DNA of 64,000 bases, from positions 62,001-126,000 of the forward strand of contig CT868208.1 of NCBI GenBank assembly GCA_000165425.1, written 5' to 3'. This document shows positions 27,408 through 41,277 of this stretch, piece after piece. Every line of letters starts with the position of its first letter. Position 1 is the stretch's first letter. The translations under genes and the position numbers were made by a program. Below the pieces are notes generated by a model, which saw only the letters and a list, made by a program, of their open reading frames with translations, was not told where the DNA came from and did not search any database. The DNA is from Paramecium tetraurelia (Eukaryota).

Positions 27408-30019
27408 TCATTTTTATTTCTTGCTTCCATTTCTGACACAATTTTTGCAATAATCTTTTCTTACTACTAAACATTCCTGATGAAATGGTTTGTTGCATCT
27501 TGAACATTAAACACATTGAGAAGCTTATGAAAACTATTTCTTACAAGATGTACAAGATATTTTCTTTTGATTCTTCGTTTACTAATCAAAGTTGATATTC
27601 GGACTTATAATAAACAAATTTAATACTTTTTTCCTGCGTTTTCCCTTTTTTCTCTTTTGTTAGCTAAATTTCTAGGATATTAAAGACTTAGCTCCTATTC
27701 AATAGATTCATCCTCAATAGGTTTTAATTTTGACTTTTTTTTTATCTGTTTAACTTCTTTTGGATTAGCTTTTGAAGGAAGTTTCCGTAAAACTTGGTTT
27801 CTTTTATTTTGTAACTCTTTTTAAGATTGATATTGCTGATATTCATCTAAAAATAAATTTAAAGTAATTAAAGAAATATAAACGCTGTGTTAAGATGATG
27901 CATTGTCCACAAATATTGCTAATTAGTTTGCAAGCTAAAAGTCTAATTTAAATAACTTGAAGGGCTTAATATGATACCCATCATTCGATTTTAATTATAA
28001 TAAGCCATTATAAAATATTTTTAGTGCTTATATTATAGATTATAGTTCTTTTTCATTCTTTAATAATTGATAAAAGTCTTGTTTCTAATGATTTTCTATC
28101 CATATCAAATCTTTAGATTATAAGTATTTTGTATATGCTTCTTCAGTAAGCAAAAACTATTCAATAACTTCAATATTTTCTAGATTATATTACTATTCTA
28201 TTTATTGGTTTACAAATACTTTAAATTAAACGATTCTACGGTTTCAATGGAGTTGTGTTATCAAAGAGTTTGACTTAACTTATTAATTCTAAATTTTCAA
28301 ATAAGTTTGATTCATTAACTCCTTATAAATTGAGTGCATTCATTAATTCTGATAAATCAGAGAGGGTATATTGACCCCAGCCTGTCATTGTTTCAACAAA
28401 GATTGAGCTAGGAACATGAGTAAAATAAAAATATTATTATTCATCAGCATCTTAACCAAGAAATGTTCCACAATTAATAAAGGCAGATTAATTGTGTTAA
28501 AATAATATTTTTAAATGAGCTAATATAAATTGAGATATTACATTGTTTATAATTCATCGAAGAATCCTTTTACTTTATTTGTTCCTTCATCTTATCTAAA
28601 TCATATAAACCCTCTGTTAATAAACTTAATATGTATATTTAATCTGAAAATTCTAAACTGTTAAAATTGATTTTATTAATGTTAGACTCGCAATCATAAT
28701 TTATAATTTGATCGATTTATATCACACATTCTATCCATGTCTTTTTTATCAAGTCTTTCATTTAATTTTCTTAGTGCACATACAAAAAATTCATTATTTC
28801 TAAAAATGCAGTTGCTTAAAAGTTAGCCTAATGGCAGTACTTTTCAAATTTAGACATATCTGATAACATAAAGTCATTGAAATATTCGTTAAGCAAATTC
28901 ATAAGGATTTCATAAAAGTTTTTCTCTATATAATCTTAATTAACATTCTATGGAATCTAACAATTAGGAAACATAATCTAATAACTCGTTTATATTCTAA
29001 GGATATCCTCAACTAAATTAGAATTTATCATATATGGTTATGGTTTCTGTTTAATTTCCAGAACTTCTGGATAATCTAGAGCCAACTTTTCTAAAACAGG
29101 ATATTTTATTTTTCCATTTTAACCTCTATAATGTGGATATTTCTTTAAGAAAATGGAGATTTAATCAATTGGCTTGAAGGATGTTATTTCCATTTCTTCG
29201 ATTATAAAGACTTTCTATTTTTTTTAAATTCTTTCTATTAATGATAAATAAATCTTTTTTTATTCAGAACCTGGACACACCTACTATTTCAACTATTTAT
29301 TGTTTATGTAATCCCATTGATTAGAGCTTTTTAATTCTTATATTCTGTCTTAACAATAATCACAAATCCAATCATTTATATTATCATGCACTTAGACACA
29401 TTCAGCATGAAACTTAAATCTGCACCTTTTACAAATAATAATTCGATCGGAATAATCGAAAGCAATATATGGAACTTTAGATTCCGATTATTCTTCTTTT
29501 TTCTATGATTTTTGAACTATTTGCTATCTAATAGATTTCATAGTGACATGAGGATTTGTGTCCTAATTTTCTGTTTGTTACAGTAGATTTAATATCATAG
29601 GGATTGTAGATTGTTTACATTTCCTACATTTGTTTTTGTCAACTCTTTATTTTTTTGGATGATTGCTTTCTTCATAATCAAGTTGTTTAGATTCTTGTTT
29701 TATCAATAATTTTGATTTTTTTTTCTCGTCTAAAAGCAATGTAGGCAGGAAAACTGTCTTCAATTATTCTTCCAATTAATTCATCACATCTTTCAATTCT
29801 TTTTATCCATATGTTAAAGGATCCACATCTATATTTGAAACTGATCTTTGAATTTATGATAAAATTGATTTTTGAATTGCCTCTCTGCTTTTAATTAACT
29901 TGGGAAATTGTCTATGCAAATAAATGGATTAAATACTCTATTTCGCTTACTGTCTTGAATATTGGCTTTTTTGATTTAATTCTCTGAATAATTAATTCTT
30001 ATTGATCTAATTTTAACAT
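27408..30019 (-). CDS. PHD finger + WHIM1 + WSD (WHIM2/3) chromatin protein, BAZ/ACF1-like putative ISWI partner
   Basis: CKRCRFKFHAEC...WICDYC; FNSLEFSDQIYILSLL; FLGQDADEQQYFYF...WGQY...LMNALNLQGVNESNL. Confidence 0.8.
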
Positions 30020-30293
30020 AAATTAATATTAAAATACAATAAAAAATCATATTCATAATTATTTTGTATTTTTTTTGATTTAAAAATCTAATAAGAATTT
30101 CTAAGCCTTATAAACTATTTACAACCTGTTTATTAAATTTATAATTGAAAATGGTTAATAAGATTAAATATCAGAAATTGATAAGATATATTATTTATAT
30201 CTTAATGAGAAATGTCTCTTTTACTGCATTAATATTTAACATTCAATAAATATATATGAACAACTATGAAACAATCAATTTTATTTACAAAGT

Positions 30294-31526
30294 TCAGATA
30301 TTTAGTTTATATTCAACTAAATCAAGTAATTTTAAGTTTTATTTATTAAAAAGTCTTACATCATCTTCCTTACTTAGTTTGATTAAATAATGTTGCAACA
30401 ATTTCAATTCTTCATCTTTTTAATCGTCTAGATATTCTAAAATGGGAATCCCATTTTCTAATTATAATCCAAAAGAATGAGGCAGATTATCAACTATCAC
30501 TATATCTTTAAGAGTTCTGTTTGTAATGATTCTTAAATCCTTAATAAAAAACCCATTTTTGGTTTCAAAGCAATTGTTTCTGCACAAAATTTCATTGATA
30601 TACTATCTTTTAGGATCCAAATGATTGACAATAGCATTAGCATAAAGTTCTGAGGAAGCTGTAAATAAGTGAATGTTGTAATACTTAGACATTTCCTTTA
30701 AAAATTCATTGCAAAACGGCCTGACATTGAAACATAACTAAATTGTTATTATTGATATTATTACATCAAATCTCTCTTCATCGTCATCTTAGAGAGTAAT
30801 TGTAACTTAAGGGGAGTCTCGAGACGTACAACTATGAATTAGAGTTTCATCTAAATCAAGAATTAAAAGTTTTGACTTTTTTTGATTTGGCTCCTTCAGT
30901 CTAATATATCTGCTTCTCAGAAATATATTTGATGGAGCTTTTAATGAATTGCGTGCATATAACAATCCACTCTATACTATTTATAAAAATCTTAAGAAGT
31001 CATTTTAATTAATGTTTTTGCCATATACTAAATGTCTAAAAGGATGTTCTTTAATGTTGAGATTCTTTGTTATAACTAACTTGGTGGAATTTGACTTATA
31101 GATAGGAGGATGCTAATATGCTTGTTTAGGAGTTTGATATTTTAATTCCATTTATCTTGACATCTCCTAAATGTCATAATTATCAGCTTGTTGATGATTC
31201 TAACGATTTTAAGGTTTTTCTTTATTTTCATTCTCGCTGGAGTCAAATTAAATATCAGAATCTTTTTCTATATGATTCTCCTTTTACTTAAATTTTGATA
31301 ATTTATTTTATCCTTTAGGTGATTTCGGTGAAGATAACTTAAGAGGTGTGTTATCAGAGTCATCAGTTTAGTATTGTTACGCTTCTCCTTTTGAGAATTT
31401 AGAGGGTTTGGCAATCATTGGCCTTTTAGGAGTTATTTCAGCATCATCATCTGAGTAAAACTATTTCTTTTAGTCGTTTTGGATTTGTTTAGATATTTTT
31501 GGCTTTAAATTAACATGGCTGTCCAT
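30294..31526 (-). CDS. NIF/FCP1-SCP family CTD small phosphatase-like protein
   Basis: LLILDLDETLIHS, NVRPFCNEFL, LFTASSELYA, KDLRII, IVIVDN. Confidence 0.93.
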
Positions 31527-32399
31527 ATTTAGAATCAAATAAATTTATCTTTATTATTGAAAGATAATAATACAAATACATCTTGTATATATTTGCTAAA
31601 ATTAGGAAATTAAAAGATTTAATTAAAGTACATTATATTAGAAACTAAATTAATAATACGATATAATTACAGCGTATCATTTTTTGATTGATTTAATATT
31701 AGTTTAAAGAAGACTCGTAATTAATAAGAACATTATAAATATAAGGTTTTTTTGATTTATTTTATATAATTTCAATAATTTTTGTATCAACCAAATTTCT
31801 TAATAGCTAAGTTGTAGTGAAATATCTTAACTATATTAAGACGGATTTAGATTTTAGAAATAATGATTTATATGATAAATATATATTTTTATTATATAAT
31901 TAATGTCATATAGATAAACTAAATAAGAATAAAGGTTAATTTGATATTAATTATTATGTATTGGTTAAAATATTCTGATTTTTAATAGGATTCTAATTAT
32001 GCTGAAAAGGAATCTATTAATTTAATAGATATTAAATTATTCAACTTTATATTAATTTCTCCTTTTAGACCACTTTTATTTTTATATCTTGTTTAGTTTA
32101 ATGATTATCTCATTTATATTCACATATAATCTGCTTAATACTTAACGTAATTTATGATTAAATTGGCCCAGAAAGGTATTTTTATAATTTATAATTTATA
32201 TGCATATTGCAATATTTTTATTTTCTTTATTCAAATCTTAATCTTTAAAACAATTTTAATTTTATAAATACAGATAATTCAGATATTTTAAATTAAAAAC
32301 AGAGAGATAATTGACATAATTTTCAAGATACAAGATATAATTAAATCTAAGTTATAAATATTAATATTTTATATTGACATTTTTAGATTATTTGCATAA

Positions 32400-33504
32400 T
32401 CATTGCCACAAATTTTCATCCTTTGGACTTCCTATTTGATGTTTATATTGATTGAGGAATTCATCCAAAGTTCTTGATTGTGCAGTTGATGAATAGAGTG
32501 CATATAATTTGTAGTGGAAGAAATCAGTTAACAACAGGAATGGAATGACACCTCTATAGATACTGAAAGGTGTCTTTTAAGCGAAAAGATTGGCAGCTAT
32601 TCTTCCCTTTTGATTTGTTTGTTAGAAACTCAAATCAGTGCTTGCTAATTGCAATCTTGTCTTGATAGTAAGGAATCCGTAGCCAATAGCCAATAAAGGT
32701 GTAGATACCAACTAAGAATGATAAGAAGTAGCAGTACTTATTAGATGTAATCCTATTCGTAGACATTCCTGAGATGATAGATTAAAGTTCCATTGAAGGC
32801 CAATTTAAAGACTATTCCTCTGTAAAAATGACTGAATCCATTTCTTGCGTAAACCTAGACTTTAGGGGATTGATTACTTATTCAATTACATCGAATGCAC
32901 CCTTATATCTTCCCTGAACATCTGAGTATATAATGGTCTTTATGGTATCAATTGGGTAAGTAATCAATTCAAACAATGAAGAGTATAGATAATGAGAAGC
33001 ATAGCCATTGCCTCTGCTGTATACTAATGGATGAGCCCATACTGTTAAAAATTAGAAGGCATTCAATAGTGCTCCTCTAAAATATCCCTTGAATAATCCT
33101 TGATTGAATATTTATTAAAGAGAGGCTCTACAAATTAGGCAATAGAGTACGTGTTGGAATCTCCAAAGGTGAATCTGGTCTTCAAGCCTCCATATGCTTA
33201 GCGAAGAGTGAGCAATCTTTCCACTCCAGCAAGGACAGTAAGACGATAGAAATTGTCAGAGAAAACTTCCCATGTTTTGGGGTCTTCCTTAAATTATCTC
33301 TCAAATTTAGCCCTTGGACCTAAAAATCTAAATAAATATAAATTTAGGTGGGCATTACTTTTATTGATCTACTCTGACGACTTTAGCAAGCCAGTCATGT
33401 CCTGGACCACCTCCGACAAAGTATTCGAGATCCACCAATTGAGGGTCTCTCAAGATTTTGTCGACGAATGTCCAATTAGGACTATACAATAAACCACTAA
33501 TCAT
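32400..33504 (-). CDS. Divergent mitochondrial carrier family protein with N- and C-terminal extensions
   Basis: QGLFKGYFRG, ITYPIDTIKT, YKGAFDV, YGFLTIKTRLQ; first repeat degenerate; two tiny introns. Confidence 0.85.
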
Positions 33505-33679
33505 TTCAATATCTAAAATAAATAATATTTATTCATAAATTATTGCATATAAACAAGGTAAATATATTGAAGCACAAATGTAGAGGAGAGTGGAATCGGT
33601 AAGAATGTAGGAGGAGGGAGCATAAAATATATTTAATTGATGAGTATTTCTTATATTAATTTTATAATTAATTTTGATT

Positions 33680-34780
33680 ATGTCCAACAGAAATAAAAAA
33701 TCTAAGAGTCCCCAATTGCAACAACCCAAAAATATCGATAAGGATCTCATGAAATATCTAATATATCAGAAGATCGTTAAACCACAAGTTCCTTTAGAAT
33801 TAATAACTAAAACTTAACCTGATGAGGATTCTGAGGTTGAAGATTTCAAACTTGAAATAGAAATGAAGTATTCTCGAATTCAATTTAATCTTAGATATAA
33901 GAGTTGTAAAATCAATCACACATTTAAATTTCCCAAAGAAAACTATGAATCTTCGTCCGATACATCATTACAATCTTTAAAGGATGTTACTATCTATAAT
34001 CTAAATTGCGACAATTTGGATCGATTGACCGATGCAACGTAGCCACATTTTATGAAAGCTTTAAATGAGAGACTTATGAAATTAACTGATCTCATTGTTG
34101 ATGAATCATAGGTCAAAAATAAGCAATACAATTATGCTCCAAACTTGAAATCCTCCAGGTTATTAATCGTAATAATCTAGAATGCAGAAACTCAGAGGAA
34201 CAAACATATCCAACACTTCTATCACCAAACCTACAGAACTCTCCTTGAATGCTGCTAGTTAAAGTCAAGGAAGGGAAAGTGTCATTACGAAACCTCCCTC
34301 TAATCTCGGGTTCAGAGCCACTCCAACCATCTCCTCAGAAAAGAAAAACAGATCTAAGTAAATCCAATAAATCTTGAAAATCACACAACAAAAATGTATG
34401 AACAACCAAAAGTAATCACATTTTGATTTGATAGCATAGGTGGCACATTTTATAAGAAAACACCTTAAGTAAACAACAACTACATCAACATCAATTCCAA
34501 CATCAATAACAGTATAGTAGTCGCAGGCAAGAGAAACATTTAAGATATTCGTATAAAGACTGAGCAGGAGGAGCCAGAACCCAGTTTGCATTAATATTAG
34601 GTTATTCCCAACTCAAGGTAACAAGTTTGGATTTATTTTAGACCCAAAATGAGGGAGTCGACAATGAAAGGCAAAAAGTTGGATATTTCAATCGGTTATA
34701 AAAATCTCACGTTGGATAGTTAATATTTAGAAACCTACAGTCGTAATACTAAGAGCTAAAACAAAAATTACAAGGTTTGA
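33680..34780 (+). CDS. Hypothetical protein
   Basis: MSNRNKKSKSPQLQQPK...; tiny introns; TGA at 34778-34780. Confidence 0.75.
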
Positions 34781-34827
34781 TTTTAATATAATAATTATAT
34801 AATTTATTCGTTTTTGTTGACGTGTCA

Positions 34828-35852
34828 ATGATATTGAATGAGATCTCAAGAGATGATGAACAACAATCATTTGTCAGTCTCAACAACCGAGATTTAACTG
34901 CAGAAACATAAACAAATTTGAAATAACAAATTACATATTTGCCACCTATGTATGCATCAATATCATTCATTGTTCTTTTTGCTGCAATTTTAAGTTAACT
35001 TCAATATCCAAGGGCATAAACCTTCCCTTTGTTTTTGGAATTACCATTTTAAAAGAATTAATTATTTACTGTATAATATTTTATAATTCTAATCTTTAGA
35101 TTGGAAATGCACTCATGAGTTTGATAGGCATCCTAATCTATTATTTAGTATTCTAGACGAACCAAAAAATCACACAAAAACTAAGATTAAGCCATAGATA
35201 TCTCTCCTTCAAACCTTTTTCATTTTAGATCCTCTTGAGTGGAGTGTCAGCCCATTTATCATTTCTAGCATTTGCATTGCTCCCAATTGAATAAAAAAAC
35301 AAAGCCAATTACATATGTATCACTATTTCTTATATATTATTTTACTATTACTCTAGACACTGAAGACAGGATTTTATTAACCTTCTCCTTTTTGATGAAT
35401 TTCCTCTATACTAGTTATTATATGTGTTATAAGTAGAGTTCACAAAAATAGAAATTTCCTAATTAATTAAAAGAATACTCATTGAGTCAGTAAATCAAGG
35501 CTGCTTTATTTACTGTGATTTGTTTTTTATTTGTTGCTTGTAAGTCTATCATCCAAATATCTTTAGTTGTGTCTGTTAACTTCATCAGTTTGTTTATGGG
35601 CATGCCTATGGCTTAAGGAGAGCCAAATATAAATGATGGTCTAAGTGCCTCAGAAGACTTTATAGCAAATATGGTTAGTGAAATTTATTCAACCTTGTCA
35701 TATAGCTTATATTTAATGAATTCATTATTTATTGGCATGTTTTATACTGATTTTAAAAAGGTAATGAGTACATTTATAAAATAATCTAGATCAATTTGAT
35801 AATGATAATTGATTAAGAAATAGTATTGGGTAGAAACCAGAAATCCGTCTGA
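34828..35852 (+). CDS. Multi-pass membrane hypothetical protein
   Basis: MILNEISRDDEQ...; several hydrophobic segments; 29-nt intron 35761-35789. Confidence 0.75.
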
Positions 35853-35918
35853 TTAAATGAGTTATTGTTTTATCAGGTTTAATATTATTTCCCATAAAAA
35901 CGGATTTATAATTAATAA

Positions 35919-37084
35919 ATGAAAATTTTCATCGCATTGTCTCTCTTGTATTTGACATTGGCTAAGTATAAATGACTATCATATCTAGCTAAGGAATATT
36001 GTCAGCTTTTGGTGATCAAGTACATCCATTCTAATAAGTGATTGTTGCATTGTCAGAAGTGGCATCTAAAGACTTTAATTTCCAATAATTGTTTGTTGCT
36101 TTAGATGAATTGGCTGAATCATTTAAGGCTAGAAAGAATGAAGAAAATGCATTTTACGAACAAGAATATTAATAATATTAAGCAGATGTACAATACTACT
36201 AAAATTAAATTACAGACTTTAAGAACAAGGTATTGATATGAATTTTAATGTTCTTCAGATAGCTTAATTAGAAGTTGATGTCAAGGATTTGAGTGATGAA
36301 AGAGCAAGATTGTAATAATTGTTGACTGAAGCCAAATAAGATCTTTATGATGCTACTAAATTGTTTAACGCAAAAGAAGCATAAATCAACTCAGATAAGT
36401 CTATATTCACTAGATAGTTCAATGAATATGCAGATACAATTGCAGTTTTAGATTAGGCTATTGCATTATTAAAGGAAGTCAAAGATGAGACATCCTTATT
36501 ACAAAAATCAGAGAACATCAAAGAGATTTCATCAAAGATGCACACTCAGTATTAATTCACATATAATAATAGTCTCAAATAGCTCTCCTCCAAGAGAGTC
36601 TTTTATTAACCATTGGTAAAGGCACTCACTTAAATTGCATAAAATAACTATGTAGATTAAGAGAACCTCAACAAAGTTATCAATTACATGAATTAATTAA
36701 GACAATCTTTAATTGATGGATAGACTTCTTTATAAAATCAATTTGATGCTCAATCCAAATTGTAATAGGATATTTTATCAGAAATCCAAGCAAAAATAAC
36801 TGGAATCAGAGATGTCCTTATTCCCTTATTACAAACAGAAATCGAAACCAAAGATGGTGAAATTAAAGCACTTAATGCAATTCTTAATGACGCAAGAATT
36901 AATTTAACTGAAGCTGAAGACAACCTCACTTCAACCTAAAATAGATGGATTGAGAGGTATTTCATTAATTATTAACTTTAGAACTGCTTCACATAACTCT
37001 TTAATACAATAATACGATAATGAATTATTAGCCATTAAGGATGCTGAGAATGCCTTAAAAAAAGGAGGTATATTTAGATAATGA
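35919..37084 (+). CDS. Trichocyst matrix protein (TMP/GRL-like) precursor
   Basis: Signal peptide MKIFIALSLLYLTLA, then acidic heptad-repeat coiled coil with a central S-L-L-Q spacer; about 355 aa; tiny introns. Confidence 0.78.
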
Positions 37085-37147
37085 AAAACAGAATTATTGC
37101 CTACATACACACATATATTTATTAAAATAAATTTCGTTAAAATTTCA

Positions 37148-37836
37148 ATGTTGTATTCTATTCGTGAAAGCGAAGCTGAAGGCAATATATCGACAGATTC
37201 GTATACGGCCAATAAATCTATTAATCAAGATACTAATTTAACAAAAAAGAGTTCCAGTAGATCATTACCCAAAAGGCAGAAAGATTTGGATGAAGAAATA
37301 CAAAATTTGAATAATGTTATAAACAAATTGAGAAAGGTAGAACAGCTACTTCTCAATCAAATCAAAGATCTAAAACACCAATTGGAAGTTCAATACAAAA
37401 GTTCGAATAAAGATCAAGAATGCATAGATGAATTAAATAAAGAACTTAATTCAATATCGAATAAATTACATCATGAGATTATGCACAATAGTTAGTAATA
37501 AAAAACTAATATTGAGTTACAAAAATCGATTCTCAAATTAGAACAGGATCTCATTACAAGTAATTAAAAAAATTAAGATATTTCAGAAGAATTGCAAATC
37601 GTAAAGTACTATTATATTAAGGAAGATCTAAATATTCCAATGAACACAAATTTGTTGAATCATTATTGCACATGGTGATTAGTTGCCATCCTGAGCATTC
37701 CTTTCGAGAGTAGCCATCACTCAAACAGGCCTGGAAATGGTTGAAATCCATTCTATCTGATTATTTGGCACTCAAACAACAAACCAGAAACTAAAAAGAA
37801 GGCTCTAGCCAAAGTTCCAGTTCCACTAGTAAATGA
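37148..37836 (+). CDS. Coiled-coil hypothetical protein
   Basis: MLYSIRESEAEGN...; ends LKQAWKWLKSILSDYL...SSTSK*. Confidence 0.75.
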
Positions 37837-37964
37837 ACATAAACAATAATTTTTCCATTAGTTCATTATCATACTTCAAGATTATTATGTAATAGATTAA
37901 TTATAAAAATTGCTTTATTTAAAGATAATTTAAGATATAATTTCTTTATTATTTTAATTAAAAT

Positions 37965-38285
37965 ATGAATCAATAAACTCAGGATCCATTTTAAAATTAC
38001 ATGAATTAGTTTAACCAATAGAACAACAATACTAAAATAGTTATTCAGGAACAGCCATAAAATATTTAGGTTCAATAAGGCAACGGAGGTTTGTCAAATC
38101 TGACAGCTTATTAAAAAGTATTCAAGACAACAGCAGATGGTAAAGTTGTCTGCAATTTCGAAGATGTACTTTATAATTATAAATTCAAGGTGAAAAAGTA
38201 CATAGAAAGTGAAACTCGTACAGAGATTATCCCTAAAACTAATTCTGGAATTAAACGCATAGTAGAAATAGAACATAAAATGTGA
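37965..38285 (+). CDS. Small hypothetical protein (about 100 aa)
   Basis: MNQQTQDPFQNYMNQF...AYQKVFKTTADGKVVCNFED...; possible in-frame 24-nt intron. Confidence 0.6.
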
Positions 38286-38429
38286 AAATATATTATACAA
38301 TTTAGAAAATTAATTCTATTCCATTTTCTTTGCATCTTTGCATTAACCAAAGTCATTTCGCTTGCGTATACAATAGAAAATCTCTTAAAATTATATAACA
38401 ATCAATATTTTAGAAAACACCTTAAACAA

Positions 38430-39602
38430 TCAAGTTATTTAGTTGGAAATATGAGAATTTTTTGCATTCTGTTTTTTAATCTTTATTGCGTTATTCAACG
38501 CTTTTGTATATTGAAATTAAATTTTTTTCTGCTTAATACTTTCTTAATCCTCTTTTTCTGATCGAATAAAGTTATTAATTTTAGAAACAGTGATTTTCGT
38601 TGATTAATTCTCCTTGAAAGAATCTTCAATTATGAATCTTAATTTATCATTAGGTGTATCTGTATGATTAAATTAAGAAGAAGCTACATCGTCATTAGAT
38701 TTTATTTTTACAGCTGACCCTCGCCGACTAAAAATACTATATTCTTATGATTGTGGTCTATATCCTTGGCTGTGCTTTCGAGAACCCAATCGGCTATGCT
38801 TCGTTGAATAATCTAAAGTTTATTCATCAAGATGTGGCTTAAAATATGTTTATATATTTAAGGCTTGAGGTTTCTTGAATTAATTATCTCCTGAGGTTTA
38901 AATTTCCTTTTGAGTTTCCGATTAAAATGCTTTTGAAACAATTTGCTACATATCAGAAATACTTTCTTTTTTTAGTTTTGTTTTCTTTACAAAGTATTCT
39001 TAAAAGTTTTGTAATTGCTCATCATAACTCATTTTAATCTTATTCAATTCTAGCAACTCAGATAGTTCCTTTAATCTAGATTGTTCACTTATTTAATTTC
39101 TTAGTTTTTATGACCATAATTCATTAGTATAAATTACTCCATTATTCTGTTTATTTTAATGTTGATATGTATCATGTACTTTATTATTTGAAATTTAACT
39201 TAATATATCTTTATAGTCAGCTTTAGTCTAAATTGTATTTACAGAGTTAGAGGAAGTTCTCTTCAATTATAAATAATATTGTTCAAGTTAAGAATTTTTT
39301 GTAAAAATTTCATAAGTTTTCTTTCTACTCTAAAGCTTAGAATTATTCATTATTTAGGGAATTTAAAACAAATATTTGAACTTGTATTTACTGTTTCCCA
39401 CAGTTTGTTTTAGTTTATCATTCAAATCCACCCCATGTTCTTCTGTTACAGTGTTTAACCATGGTTTCTCAAGTTATTTGTTGTTTCTTCTATGTAACCG
39501 ATTTAAATAATGAGAATTCTTTTTTGGCTGACTTAAATTCTGTAGATCTTCATCTTCGTCATTAAAGATCAAGTTATCATAGCTATTCTTCTAGTTACAC
39601 AT
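38430..39602 (-). CDS. Hypothetical low-complexity protein
   Basis: MCNQKNSYDNLIFNDEDED...; open frame to TGA at 38430-38432. Confidence 0.7.
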
Positions 39603-39654
39603 ATAAAAATAAATTAAATGCAATTAAGAATTTAAACATATATAAAACAATATT

Positions 39655-40964
39655 TCATTTCATATTTCTATTTGGTTTATTTACAAGTAACTTCTATTTC
39701 TTTAATCCAAGAATCTTCTTTTTTTATTTTAATTTTTAAATTTTCCTATTTTCAATATTTTTAAATTTAGGTTGCTAATCATCTTCATCATATTCTTGTT
39801 TAATTTCAATTGATTATTCTTCTTATTTCAATTTTTATTGTTCTTTTTTTTATTTATTGAGTTTATGATTTTCAAACATTTTATCTAAATATGGCAATTT
39901 AATTGTATGTCTTCTCATTCCAGCAAATCTAGCCTTAGCTTCTTTGCCATTCTAGATTGTCCAGATTTTTTCTTGCTTTTTTTCAATTTCTATATCTTTA
40001 TACTCAGCACAATGAAAATTGATAGCTTGCAATCTCTATGATAAATTAATTGATAAGGGTATTCTTACATTTTCAATGTGATACACCCTAAAATAAATAT
40101 TAAATTGAACCTTAGAAATCGATCAATGCTAACAGTGTATATATACTCCTTATTGAATGCTATATCTCTCACAGCTCCAAATGTACCTTTAATCATCCTT
40201 TCAAATTTGAAGTCTTTCTAGTAAATCAAGATTTCGCCTCTTTCATTAATCATATAATATTTTTCATTATAGACTCTGATCAATTTAATTTTTGTTTTTG
40301 ATTGTTTTAATGAATGTTCAGAAAGAGGTTATGATTTCTATTCGAGAATATTGTATATTCTAAGTGTCTAGTGGGTAGTTATGACTCCAACAGAATAATC
40401 ATCCAAGAACAGTCCATCATAATCATGCATTTTAACTTATAGATCCAATTCATCATTTTTAACATTTCTTGATTACCACTATAATTTTTTCTATTATAAA
40501 TTAAAAATGGATGGTGGAGCTCCAAAATACGTGACCAATAATAATTGCTGGTCATTAGAAATAGCTGCAGAAGTCACATATTTATCTTTGCAATTAGTAA
40601 GTGGCAAGAAATCCTTCGAGTTTATTGTTTCTTATTCAAAAAATATGTTTTGATCTTCATCATATTTTATATGATTAATTTTTCTGTTGGCATAAATTAC
40701 ATAGATATCATGATTTGAATTACAAAATCCTTTTAATGGCGATGAATCGATGGCGATTTGAGTAATTTCATTTAATTCATTGTCCAATAATAATAGACTT
40801 TACTCTCTTAAAACCAAGAAAAAGCAAATGTCAGCAATTTTAATTGTCAGTATTTAGATTATTTTGAACTCCTTTCCTTGTTCTCCATATTTCTTAATCA
40901 CTTCTTTTTTATCTAAATCAATTAATTTCAATAATCCTGTTTCATCACCAGTAATTATTTACAT
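39655..40964 (-). CDS. NSA1: WD40 ribosome-biogenesis protein, WDR74/NSA1-like
   Basis: MQIITGDETGLLKLIDL start; GTFGAVRDI, VSIDRFL; acidic/basic tail. Confidence 0.8.
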
Positions 40965-41277
40965 TAAATTTTATATAACAATTATATTTATTTATTCTTT
41001 TTAAGCTATAATCAATTAACAAAATGGTCTGATTTCTGATATTTTGATATGAATGAAAAGACATAAACTATCTCACCAATTATAAATAGTTTAGAACATC
41101 TTGTATTATTTTAAATAGTTCTTATATTCGATCTATCTATGAAAGATTATTGTGATGGAATCTTACTCTAACTTTTCGATATTGGATGTCTATCATTAAT
41201 GAAAATTTAAATATCCCAATAAACCTACTGGAGAATTCTATAAATTCGATAAATAATAAAATTAATATCAGAACAGA

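Noticed and set aside
38090..38150. Short inverted repeats TGTCA/TGACA and AGACAAC/GTTGTCT
   Set aside because: They fall inside a plausible coding frame and are short enough to arise by chance
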